Positions 51,701 to 64,000 of a DNA stretch of 64,000 nt are shown piece by piece. The DNA is taken from assembly GCA_964035545.1 (NCBI GenBank), contig OZ037767.1:28970628-29034627 (forward strand), given 5' to 3'. Positions within the stretch are counted from its first letter, which is position 1. Every line of letters begins with the position of its first letter. Source of the DNA: Bugula neritina (taxonomy: Eukaryota > Animalia > Bryozoa). The notes below the pieces were generated by a model. That model searched no databases, was not told the origin of the DNA, and was given only the letters and a program-made list of their open reading frames with translations. A program made the translations under genes and the position numbers.

Positions 51701-54700
51701 GTAAAGTTAGAAATGGGCAGAGTGAAACGTGGTTATCTTGACTTTCTGTAATCACATTTCACAGCTTCTACTGTATAAAGTTGGATCATGCCACACACAG
51801 GTATGGAGAAGAGCCTCACCTGTTGATCTTCTCACTGCAGGTTGGACCTGTGTAGCAAGATGGACAGGCACACGTGTGACTGTTACCAGAGTTGGTGCAC
51901 TCTTCATGCGACTGGCAGGAGTTAGCACACTCGCATGTCTCCATACGCACATCACACCTCTCTCCTGTCCAGCAGGCGTCACACACGCAGACGGGGCCGT
52001 ACTCAGACTCCCGACATTCACCGTAGTCTGAGCAGGGGTTGTTGCACGCACAACTGTCTACTTTCTCTGAACATTCTGGTCCTAGAAACGATGTATATGA
52101 GTGTGTTATAGAATTGTGTAGCACACATGTGTAATCCAAAAGCGATAAGTGGTATGAAACACTAATCAAGTGAATAGTTGAACTATTGATGCAAATTGAA
52201 CTTGATAGGTTATACAGCAGGTAGTACTTTTGATGTCATTCCAAAAAGGCATATAATATTGTATTTACACAAATAAAGGTTGCAGTCTATGAAATATATA
52301 TTTTATATACAAGATTGTCCAATAATTCTGTTAATAATGCGTATATGATACATTCCTGCAAAAAAGCAATCCATAATTATATAAAATAAAGATTCTGTTT
52401 TGAAAGACGACAATTTTTTTTATACTAAATCGATACATAAATGGTGTCGGGTGAAACGTAAAGGAAACCAAACAAGTTGAAACGCTCAACATAACTAGAA
52501 AGGCAATTACTGAAAATTAGTACCTAATAATAATCTAGGATGTGATGCCGGTGTTGCCAAACAAAAGCATTCCTAGTGTACGCAATATAGAGCTAGTTCA
52601 CTCACGATATGAATACACTTAGTTCTCAACTGCCTACCTGTATAGCAGTGCGGGCAAGAGCACTGGGGGCCGTCTTTTGAGTCTGTACACATTTCGTAAG
52701 TGTCACAGGGACTGTTACACTCGCAAGTATCTCTTCGGTCTCTGCACTGAGCTCCGGTGTTACAGGGATCTGTGCAATCATCACACATGAGGCCAGCAAT
52801 TGACTCCACACACGTGCCGTAGCCTACGCAGGGGTCACTACAATAACAGCTGGCCACTTTCTGGTCACAGTTGGCACCCTCATAGCAGGGGTTGGTGCAT
52901 CGGCAGCTCATTTCATAGTCAGCGTTCATGTAACACTCCTGGTTGGTTCCACATGGGTTGTTACATTCACAGGAGTTCACTCTATCAGTGCAGCCGGGGC
53001 CCGTGAAACATTGATCATCACAATAGCACTGAGGGTAACCTTCCTTCATATGGCAGGCCTCTCCCTCAAGACAGGCTGAGCATTCACATGACTGTACATC
53101 TGTGGCACATTCTAGCCCGGTTTTACACTTATCAGCGCAGGCACACTGTGGCTCGCCCCCTACCAGAGTGCACACTTCCCCGAGACCACAGGTCGTGCAG
53201 TCACAGGTCTTGAGTCTCTCTTCACAGCTGCTGCCGTAGTGACATGAGTCAGCGCAATAGCAAGACGGGCCGGTGCTGGTGTCGGAGCAGAGAGACCCAG
53301 CTTTACAAGGGTTGCTACACTCACAGCTCTGTACTTTCTCTGAGCAATATGGCCCGGTCCTGCATGGGTCCGAGCAATAGCAGTACAGCTCTCCGCTGTC
53401 ATTCACTCCACAATCTTGCTCAGCGTTGCAGGGGCTGTTACAGCGACATGTGTTGACATATTCTAGACACCCAGAGCCAGTGCGGCAGGAGTCCTCACAC
53501 CCACAGCTGAGCTCTTGGTAAGAGTCAACGGAGCATGTCTCACCTTCGGCACAAGGGTTGTTACACTCACAACTCTCCACTTTACTCAAACAGCCTTGAC
53601 CTGTGTAGCACTTGTCTTTACATTCGCAATGACTTTTAGTCCCGTCTGCTTTCGAAACACAGATCTCTTTAGAGCTACACGGGGAGCACGCGCAAGTGTT
53701 GACTAGCTCATCGCAATAGTCGCCTTGGTAACACGAGTCCTTGCACCTGCAGGCTAACTCGTACTGAGTGTTGAGATAGCACTCTTGCTGCTTGCTGCAT
53801 GGGTTGTTGCACTCGCAACTGTTTACAGTATCCAGGCAACCACGGCCAGTCTTACAAGGATCTGAACAGCTACAAGAAGGCTCTCCTTTCACCATGCTGC
53901 ATGTCTCACTCTTCCCACAAGGCATGCACTCGCAGGTGGTCAAAGTAGACTCACAGTTAGCCCCATATTTACAGGGATCTGCACATGTGCAGGTAGGGGG
54001 TGCACCTAGCACCCCGTCAATGCAAGTCTGCGTGGACGAGCAAGGATTCAGACACTCACATGTTTGCACAGTGTCGATACAGAAAGGGCTAGTCTTGCAT
54101 GGGTCCAAACAGTCACAACTCAACTGCCCATTGACTTCAGAGCAAACTTGGTCTGAGCTACATGGGTTGTAACATTCACATGTGTTTTTCCTCTGGGCGC
54201 ATCCTGGACCAAAGGAGCACTTGTCTTCGCAGAAACACTGGGGGAGATAATTACTATCCAGACGGCAAGACTCGCCCGGAGTACAGAGAGAGTTGCACTC
54301 ACAAGATTTGATTGGCTGATCACAGTAGTCTCCTTGAGTACATTTCTCACAGCCGCACACGGGGCCAGACTTGGTATCCTGACAAGACGCTAACAAATAC
54401 ACAACAGATTCAATCATCTTACCCAACAACACTTCGTATTGAAGTTAGCTTTTATGAAAAATATACAAGTTATTAGCAAAAACATAGAGCATGTTTAAAG
54501 CATGAGTTCACTCACCAGATTTAGGACAAGGGTTGCTACAAGCGCATGTCTTCTTACGAATGTTGCAACTCGGTCCCTCCCAGCACTCGTCACAGACGCA
54601 ATGATGAGTTCCTTTGTCTACGAGATCTTCACACTTCGAGTTCTTAGGGCACTGATTCTTGGTGCAGGCGCATGTGTCTTTCCCTGTAGTATGCGTTACT

Positions 54701-57700
54701 TATGTTACAGAGAGTTATGGTTTAATACTTAAATAAAATACTACGTGTTGTAAACAGAAGTGAATGTTTGGTATGCCACTCTGATTTCAATATGCAACAC
54801 TCCTTAGTCACACAACTTAGCTATTTTTATTAAAAAAAAAACAGATATAATATAAATTGCTTATAGATGTATTTAAATTATAAGGTGAAAAAACATGAGC
54901 TAGGAAGAATAAGTGGATAATATAAAACACAATAAATGTAAATACACGTCACTCACTGATTTTACATCCAAGAAGGTAACATTCTGGTTCATCACACGCC
55001 TGACAACTAGGCCCGACATCGGTGTCAATACACTGAGTACCAGCAGAGCAAGGGGTGCTCTCTGGGGGCGTACAGTTACACGACTGAATGTATGAGTCAC
55101 ATGCTAACCCAGTTTTACACGGGGGACACTGTCCGCCCCGCCCCACACAGTTGGGAATGGACACTACAACATGAAGTTAGATATGTTAGTATTTTGGTGT
55201 AGAATATTCACTTGTAAGCTTTACAGCTGCTTTTCTCTTCAGCTTTAAGGGAGGATCATTCAATAACTCTTACAATTTTCAATTCATCAATACACAAGTT
55301 TAAGTCTTTTGATAATATTGCTTGTAAAAATCACAAAACAAAACGTTCACCATGAACATAACTCTCAACAACTTCAGAAACAAATTCAACAACGTATGGA
55401 AATTTTTCCTTAGTCATACTCATACATAAGCTTATTTATTAATAAGTGAAAAACAAGAATATTTATAAGTTTATAAACTTCAATAAAAATATCAAATATA
55501 AATATTAAATATATATAAATATATATATATTATTATTATAAAATATAACAGAATAGTAGTATAAATATGTAATAAAATATGTAGTATATTATGTAATATA
55601 TTACGTGTTATTAGATAGATACAACTTACCATTACAACATGAACCTGTCCAGCAATCCTCACATATGCAGCGATATCCCACTTCATCCACAACGCATGTC
55701 CCGCCGTTTAAACAGGGGTGCCAGTCACAAACTAAATATCAAAGAGAAGGTAACTCTCAGTTTAATAGAACTAAGCTTAGGCCACGCGGTACCTGATATA
55801 TACTACTAACAGGCAGTATATTAACCAGTGATAAAACTACTCCAAGGAATGCCTTATTACTGATAACATGTGAAAACTTAAACAATTACTGATTCATCCA
55901 AAAATGACTTGTTTGTATGCCAAAAGTTGAATAACAAAATTGTAAGAGTATCTATTCACCTTGCAACAAATACTTTTCACAAATTTACAGCAATACAAAA
56001 ATAGTAAATAGGAAAATGCTGCCAGAATGAGTGACTCACCTGACTGCTCACACCTGTGTCCCGTCCACCCGGGAGGGCAGAAGCAGAAGAAGCCGTCCCA
56101 CTGGTTCTGACATGAGGCGCCATTTTCACAGGGGTTGGGTGAGCAATGATCTCGGGCTATATATAGACCAATAAAATAACCTCTCCAGTATAAAACAATT
56201 ATATAGTAATGTATTTTGGTGTATGAAGTCATGCAGCATATTTCATTTAAATAATTCAATTTCATTTATAAATTAGTTAGACATTGATCTATAATATTTA
56301 TTATATAATATAAATAAAATAATAATTGCAGTTTAAAACTGTAATTTTTCCAATATAAAAGCTCCACACTAGACTGAAGCTACTAGACACCAAGAGAAGG
56401 CAACTGCTAGCACTAAACTAATGCTTACGTGGAGGTACATATTCAACATTTGATACTATTCCAGTCTCTGGACAAACACAGCGGAATGTGTGTTCTGTGT
56501 TCTCACAAGTGCATTCAGGTTGGCACGGGTTAGAGGAGCACCCATCTACAACATGGAATTCAAGGCTACAGCAACTCAATTATATCCATTATAATAGTAT
56601 ACGGATGTAAGCTACATTCTGTAAACAGGCCTCAGAGTGAGAGAAGACAACTCAAAGATAATAATATCAATTCATGTAAAACATTTCAACTGCCACCTTC
56701 TAGCATGTATAAAGAACTTCCCAGATGACATTAGCAAGCTTTATTTTGCTGTACAAGCTTAAGATAAATATTTACACATTGCAAGCAGTGAAGTCAAATG
56801 AATCATTTTTAAAATAATTCAAAAGGGTTCATAAGTTAACTGTTTTGTAAGTAACAAGAATTCTTCAAACAATCATAATATAATTTAGTAACTAGTAGCA
56901 TTCTACTAAGCACAAAAATTGTGGGGGAACAATTCCAACGATGACTCTTTTTGACACCAGAGCAGTTTTACAGCAACTTAATTCAGGGCACATTGGACAT
57001 CTAGTGTCAGCTTGTATTTCTGTATACAAGAGATGCCAGACATTAGGCTATGTCGCTGCCAGCTGCCAGCTGCCATACTTGGTTAACACATGACCAGAAA
57101 GCAGACAACTCTGAGCTAGAGATTTCATACCAAACTGTGGAGGAATGTCATTGACATCACATTTCAGACACACTGGGTCTCCAAAGTGTTCCAGGATGTT
57201 TGGGATGTAACACATATTGAGAGTCCCGCCTTCCCACCAACTGGGCACTCGAACTCCTTTAGGACACGCCCTCGCTATGGGAGCATCTCCCATTTTTGAG
57301 CAAAACCAGACGAAACACAGATTGTCAGCATCTGGGAACATGTAGCCTGCACTTGGACAACGTAGAGCTACAAAACACGACACAATATTTACCTGCTAAC
57401 AAAAAATAAATTAAAGAATGGCAATTTTGAAGTTGAGATATATTGTTGGTTAATATGTCATAGCATAAGCATAAAAATAGAGCTTATGTGGGTGAAAAGA
57501 AAACAAGAAACCGGTTAATGTGCACAACACAGCACCTTGGCCCGGTGGTAACGCCAGAAACAGCATAATGGTTTTTTTTGTAACAGCATACACTAATTTT
57601 TGTTGGCTTGCACACCAAACGAGGAGTGAATCTGAAGAATTTCAGTAATAAGCAACTAAATTACGTAAATAAGTACATGCCAAGTGGCATGCATCACTTA

Positions 57701-58914
57701 CACAATTGGTGAACTAAGATAATAAGTAGCTATTAGGTGCAACAAACACGTTTACAGAACTTAGCATAATGCCGAGGGTGGAGCTAGCAATGCAGATTAT
57801 TAGTTAATCTTCCAAAAAATTACCTCATCATAATTAGAAACTAATTTATGTCAAGTAGAGTCTACTAGACTCTGTTAAAACCAGAAAACTTGTAGTAGGC
57901 TTATCTATAGCAAAGAAACAGTTCTGGTATCCTTTTTAGAGCAGAAGATAGCGTTAACTATTGAACTATAACCTCCTATAATTATAGTTTCAGTTCAGTG
58001 GCATTAACTCCTACAATATGCAACCTGGACAGATAACTCCAGATTACTATTTATTAGGCAGATTAGAAAAGCTAAGCGTTAAAACTGCTAAAAACCTAAT
58101 AAACAAAATCTCAATAAGCTATTTGATAAAATTGCTTGTTTATTCAATATTAATGTACTTTGAATTAATATTCATATATGGCTAGAACTGATAATCTATA
58201 TCCTATAGGATATAGATTAGCAGTTGGATGGGTTGCCATTGCACCTGGAAAGCAAATTGAACTCAGAATATTCAGAATGAAAGGTCAACATCTCACTAAT
58301 AGCTGTAAGAGACTGACAACAATAATCCGTCACCTTAGACAGCTTAAGATGAGTAGAAAGCAAAGGTACTGTAACAATGATAACTGCCTTTCCATCTGGA
58401 AAACTTTAGACAATCTAAATTCTACCAGGCAGTTTCCAAATAGCTGATTACAATAACTTACTGTTAGACGAAAAGGAGCATTTGTTATGCTCTTTTAAAA
58501 ATTGCCCAGAAAAGTTGAAATAAAAGTTTCAAACTTGTAGTAATAATTGGTTACTCTCAAGCTACTCAATAGCAGGAAATAGGAGCTCAGACAATGTTTA
58601 GCAATATAATCGATTGCTTCTCTGCCTTCAGAGGTACAAATCTGTTCATTTTCAGTATAAAAACTTATGCTAAGACAAAGTAAAACTCTCAACTGATCTC
58701 ATTTGCCCGCAAAAAAGCTAGTTTAACGTCTATCTGATCGCTGAACATATTAAACCCTTTGTTCAATTCTTAAGAAGAATTAAACTTGCATTATATATAT
58801 TAATATTTTATGTAATTTCGCAACAGTACCTCTAGCGGCAGAGGAAGCTCCCAAGTTGTAGTTCTCAGCGACAACAACTGTCAGAATAGAGGATGCAAGA
58901 AGCCACAACTCCAT
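45708..58914 (-). CDS. Secreted cysteine-rich protein, about 1580 aa: signal peptide, CBM14/peritrophin-like module, 3 EGF, about 20 eight-Cys EGF-like repeats, C-terminal IgGFc-binding (FCGBP-N) domain
   Basis: 17 phase-consistent exons: 58914-58830 (MELWLLASSILTVVVAE), 57367-57131, 56545-56429, 56156-56040, 55731-55630, 55163-54957, 54683-54516, 54389-52638, 52081-51820, 51346-51162, 50748-50442, 50122-49969, 49754-49613 (GC donor), 49477-49255, 48954-48819, 47032-46886 and 46109-45708; total 4743 nt. FCGBP-N motifs: GHAFTVVFEEN, ISVYGIN...DGFLALP..AGTEF, DLTGTEVISSKPIHIFSGN, DHLIEQILPRDRWG, DPVTMTIPPISQF and VYGY..RESYGFPA. Confidence 0.88.
51382..51505. repeat. 25-bp tandem repeat (agcagtcaatgagctctacaccatt), about 5 copies
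   Basis: Direct tandem copies just upstream (- strand) of the acceptor at 51347. Confidence 0.85.
58186..58225. repeat. 40-bp palindrome with a perfect 28-bp core
   Basis: taatctatatcctataggatatagatta (58192-58219) is self-reverse-complementary and is flanked by aactg / cagtt. Confidence 0.85.
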
Positions 58915-59365
58915 CTTAACTTTGGCAGATGAACTCTAAAAGCATTCACATAGAAAGTCAACTGAGACAAAATAAACGTTAGTTAAGGCGTTACAGAATA
59001 TTCTTTTAAGCTCCTAACGCAGTTATTGCTGTTATTGCTAAGGTATTACGCAGTTATTGCTGGGCTAAGGTATTATGCAGTTATTGCTGTTATTGCTAAG
59101 GTATTATGCAGTTCAAAGGTAGCTTTATCTGTTAATATTTTATATATTTTAAGTAATTATAAACTTTCAACAAAGGAGAAACTTAGATGAAGACACAAAT
59201 TATCAACTATTAATACCATGAAATTATAGTTTTCTACCAATAATTCAAATTAAATAAAACAAATAATTTTGCTGCACAATTCTGAGCAAATCTAAACACT
59301 CATTAAATTAATTGCTCAAGTAATATTTAGTTAAATCATGGAGGAAAAACAAAACTGATACTTAC

Positions 59366-59470
59366 TAGCAGAGAGCAGCCCTAATCTGTTGTTTCCATTC
59401 GCCTTCTGATGATAATCTGTACTCTAATCCACCATGTAACTCTCTTAACTATCTTTATACTCTTATAAAT
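59366..59470 (-). promoter_or_regulatory. Putative non-coding first exon and TATA box of the EGF/IgGFc-binding gene
   Basis: The ATG exon begins at an acceptor (tttag at 58936); donor CTA|GTAAGT at 59366/59365; TATAAA on the - strand at about 59454-59459. Confidence 0.45.
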
Positions 59471-61177
59471 CCTTGATTTGTTGCCATGGTTACGAAAAAA
59501 CAACCTGTCCATGAACACCTGATAATACCCTTAGTGATGCCCTGAAGGCTTAGTTACATGATTAGCTTCACATGCATTATGTTGTTATCTCTTCGTATTT
59601 ATTTCAACCAATTCCACGTCTTTCAGGGAGGGAGAGTTGGAGCTTTACTAAACCCATCTGATACAAACTGTTCAGAATATTAATACAAATTTAGCATAAA
59701 ATAATGCAGTTTACACCTTTCAAAGAGGTTGATAAAATTACACATGTTATACAATTCTAATATATCTGTAAAAAACAGGTTTTTGTGAAATCAATATATA
59801 AGTAGACACAAACTTAATATTTTAAAATAGAGATACGAGTTTATAAATTCAGTTAATGCTCACTCTGCTCAACCGCTGACGAAAATTAGCAACAGGATTG
59901 GGTTAAGACAATATTATAATATTGATTAGGATTTCTATAATTCTCACCTATCTCCACTTTGTCCTGTTCCGGTAAGATTTCTATAATAGACTATTTATAA
60001 TATTCTCAAGATTTACATAATACAATATTCACTTTCAACAAAATTACAAATTATGCAAAGCTGCTTGAAGCCTTCTGAGTAGTTAGAGAAGCTGTATTCT
60101 CTATTGAGCCTCAAAAGATATGGAACTTTTATCCTTTAAAGACAATGCAGTGCGGTTACAGATATCAGAGGTTATACAGTACAGGTCTGGTCTCTCTTTA
60201 AGACAATAACATACTATATAATAATAAGATTAGCTCAAACATTAGCCTCAGATTAACAGTGTTGAAGAAAGCTTTCACCTGACCACTTTATAGTATCTTT
60301 GAAGTTTTTCAAAAGTTCACAAGATGGGAGTGTAATTATGAACAGGGCTATCTGAACAGATAGAGCCTTCCTTCTCAACATCCAAATATGGTCATTTTTA
60401 TTTTATGATAAAAACCCTACATATTTAACACAGTAATTTTATTAACTGAACTGCTTAACTTGTAAAATTATTGTAAGCTGAAGCCGAGAGTACTAATCTA
60501 CATTTTGTACTTATTTAACTGTAATCATATGAACAGTGACGTTATCCAGTGCAACAAATATCAAGTTTTCATTGGGTGTTTATTTAGTTGCGACTCGGTA
60601 TAATGTTATTGATCATTGTTGGGCTCAAATAAGCCATAGAGAGAGGTTATAAAATAAAACAGTGCAATAAATAAGTTGGCATATAAAATTAACATGAGTT
60701 ATACAAAAAAGGTTTTAGCAGGGTTTAACTACAGCATCATCCTTTCTTTGACAAGTTAGCAGTAGAAACTTTTACACCAATAAAATGGGTTAGTAAAGAG
60801 GAAAACAACTTCAATGTTGCATAAATGAGTGAATACGTTAGGTATTGTAGGATTGGCTTTCTAGTATATAAATATACGTTAAGTGTTCCCCGCATTAAAG
60901 CAGAAGCCCAAGTGGTAATAAATAAGAATATTTATGTAAGTTTTAAAAGCTTTGTGCAGAATATTATTATATAAAAATATACTAGATAGCTACAGTGAAA
61001 TGCCTCCATAGACTAGATTACCCCTATTCATTTCTCCAAATAAGTGGGTAGTGTAGAGATTTTACAAAAAAGCTTTACCTTTCAACAGCTACAATATAGT
61101 TCAAACCACAGTCTATGCCATTCAAACGGGAAGTAAATTCAAGCCGAGACTAAATTCTATGTAACAGGTAAGGAATG

Positions 61178-63701
61178 TCAGCTTTCGTTGTTACTGATAA
61201 AGACTTGAGAGAGTTTGGAGTTGTCATACACCTGACCAGGTAGAAACTCCTCATCGTTAGCATTACGTAACTTTACCTCCGGCATGCAGAGGAAGCCATT
61301 GGTGAGGGGCATCAGCCTCACGCTGATAGTTGAGCAGAGAGTTTGTGAGTCCAGCTCCAGCAACCCTACAATTCACACGCTGTCCAGTAATAACCACAAA
61401 TAGTCAGAAATGCTTCACTTTGACAGCACACGCTTTGAGTTTTACTTTTTGAATGCACTTATGTATAGTTTGATGCAATAGTAAATTTTGAAAAAATAAG
61501 ATTTCTTAACAAAGAAAAAAGAATTACAAAACCTCACTTTTAAATTGTTTACAGTATTACAAAATTCTGATCTTTTTACAATATGATGATTATACAGAAA
61601 GAGAGAGAGGTGCTAGTTTTTCCCAGATGTAAACTTTATAAACTTCTTAAATATAAAGCAGAGTTGCTCCTTAAAACTATTCTAATTAAACCGACAAAGT
61701 TATTAATAGAATGTTTATTTACTTATCCTCAATATAGAATCTGCACCAACTAAACAAGCAAAGGTACTGACAGAATTCTAGACACTTGCAGAACTAAGCA
61801 GGCTGAATCAGCTGGTATCAGCAAGACAGCCAAGGGATGTCATTACTGCTTAATGCAAGTCACAGAGAAACTGTTAATCTCAGCTAATCCATGGGTAGAT
61901 ACAAGATTGTGAGCTGAAGATTTTGTGAGACTCTTTAGTGAGTCACAAACACTCTCTCATTAGGATAACTAACTATATCTATGAGTGTTACCACATAGTC
62001 AGTACTGCATGTGTCAGCAATGTTTGTATCAGCAGTGTTTGTGTCAACAGTGTATGTACCAACAATGTATGTATGTATGTATACTGTATGTTGGCAGTGT
62101 ATGTATGTGAACAAAAGACCAAATTGCCATGCCAATTATAACTGTCATGTAACTTAAGAACTTTTCTTGTGAAAAGTTTTAAAGTGTAACACACTGAGTA
62201 CATGCCAGTCATACCGGAATAGTAACTTTGACACAAATTCTAGCCTAGTTCTAATTTCCTGCAGCATCTCTATACAAATTAGTTGAAGGGCTACACAGTC
62301 TGTATGATATGTAGGAATAGAGTTCATTGACACCGTATGCTCCAGTTCTCAGGAAAAATCATTTGAATAGAGTTGGTAATAAACAGTAAAAATTATAGTT
62401 AAAATATGTTTTGTGGTCAACTTATATAATTTAATTTGTAATATTCTGAATGGATCATTTATTTTATGACTAATCTTGCTACTTCAAACAGATTTAGCAG
62501 TCTGGAGGCCTGAGAACAGTGTATTACAGGATATATTAGCATGTTAATCTCCCAACAGTAGCATTGTGTAGCATTTCTACCAGATAAACATGAGAAGAGC
62601 AAATAACTATTCCTAATTACTGCTAGAGTCAGCCAAAGGTAATGTTTAGTAGGAGGGATAACTCCGTCATAGCCAGTTACTTGAGACTTGAGTTGAGAGT
62701 CCGTATGGGTTATTGAAGACCTGCTTTAGCTTAGACTGTATTATTAAACCATCATAGTGTGATACATACAACACATATTCCACTGAGGTCTTCTCTATTT
62801 TAAGAATATATTGCAACCATAACAGCTCCAGCCTTAACAGTAGAGCTCAGAACATCTGCACTTTAAAACACAGCTGTTTATCACCTTGACATAGATATAG
62901 AGATTACACAGCCCTATGATGACAGTAGTATGAACTGCAGGTATGTATGTTACTTGTATATATTATGAGGAAGAGTTAGTAAGAGCTTCTGCACCAGGCT
63001 ATAAGTATATTTACTATACATTTGGAGGCAACTTGAACAACAGAAACAGTACAGCAGGAAGGGGAAGTGGACAACATAGCTACTCAACCAAGATGGCAGC
63101 AGTCTGACTCACCGTGTTTGCTGCCGCTGATCGCCCAATTAGGATCCGATCGAATCTCGTAGGACATTTGCTGAGAGTGCCCTTCACCTTCGTAAGGTTG
63201 AAGGTCAGCGCAAGACTTGAGTTCAACAACCATCTCACACTCGCACAGAGCCTGCCAAGTGTTGGGTTTCAGTTCCGAGGAGAGAGAGTCAGGGGAGAAT
63301 GGGGAAGCCTGTTCGGTTGAGGTTTGACGAGATATGGACAGGGGTGACATAGGTATGCCTGACTTGATGTATCTAGTCATTATGAACTGAGTCTACAAGC
63401 AATCACAATGCATCGTTTGCATGATATAAATCTATAGTTTTACAGAAAAAATGGATTTAAATGCCAGAATAGAATATATTTTTAAAACCGAACTATTGAA
63501 GACGTCTGCTGTACCTTCCCTGTGACTCACCAGCACGATGTCGATGCTGACTTCCGTACTGAATGTGTAGAAGTCATCGGTCAGCGTCTCAGCCACCTTC
63601 TCTTGAAACTGCAAGGAGAACGAGCACTTTACAGAGTCCGTGATGACTGCATCAGCTTTCAACCTCCACAGAAAAGAGAGCTGGCTAGACCGTTTCAACG
63701 T
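61178..63701 (-). CDS. TRAPPC10: Trafficking protein particle complex subunit 10 (TRAPPII, Trs130), last three exons; gene continues beyond the window
   Basis: Exons 63701-63531, 63392-63113 and 61365-61178, phase-consistent. MSYEIRSDPNWAISGSKHG, VRLMPLTNGFLCMPEVKL and FLPGQVYDNSKLSQVFI match the TRAPPC10 C-terminus as recalled (LMYEV...NWAVCGK...MPLFAGYLPLPDVRL...PGQVFN). Confidence 0.85.
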
Positions 63702-64000
63702 CTGCAAAAAGAGAGAATGTTTAGACAGAGAAACATAGTGTATCAGATGTGTATTGGACAGAGTATGCAGCCTCCATACATGCAGATAACATGGTTCATG
63801 GTTAGACAAAGTAGTCACAGAACACTATCATTGTGGGATTATTTGATAAAAACAACTTAAAGCCTCAGTATTAGCTACAATAAACAGGTATCTGTAAGAC
63901 AAGATGCTATAATAACTGAGAGAGAGCTTACAGTAATAGGTTCTGCTCAATTACCCAACTAATAACAAACTAATAAACCAGTAAATATAGTACTTCACAC

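Noticed and set aside
52626-54350. Alternative-frame and antisense ORFs over the large Cys-rich exon
   Set aside because: Shadows of the real reading frame.
57536-57631. Extra phase 1-1 candidate exon in the EGF/IgGFc-binding gene
   Set aside because: Weak donor (GTGCTG), no recognisable motif, and the model joins cleanly without it.

Overview
AT-rich, intron-containing animal (invertebrate-type) genomic DNA; no prokaryotic features, rRNA, tRNA or CRISPR seen. All gene models were assembled by hand from splice signals and frame continuity; no database searches were run. In order the window holds: (1) the 3' exons of an unidentified coiled-coil gene (+); (2) a complete PLEKHG5-like RBD-DH-PH RhoGEF (+, about 3220-28529) whose introns carry many exon-flanking minisatellites and a dead DD34E Tc1 transposon; (3) an actinoporin/conoporin-like gene (-) with a signal peptide and an apparent C-terminal GPI-anchor signal; (4) a non-autonomous PIF/Harbinger-type element carrying about 1 kb of perfect (CA)n, next to that gene's putative promoter; (5) a complete 10-exon CYP2-clan cytochrome P450 (-); (6) a 17-exon, about 1580-aa secreted protein (-) with signal peptide, chitin-binding-like module, EGF repeats, about 20 eight-cysteine EGF-like repeats and a C-terminal IgGFc-binding (FCGBP-N) domain; (7) the last three exons of TRAPPC10 (-). 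The most notable observations are minisatellites built from splicing signals (one DH-domain exon is bracketed by 16 U1-mimic/branch-point units upstream and 9 in-frame 5' splice sites downstream, which are mutually complementary), the apparently GPI-tethered actinoporin homologue, and the unusual FCGBP-N architecture.
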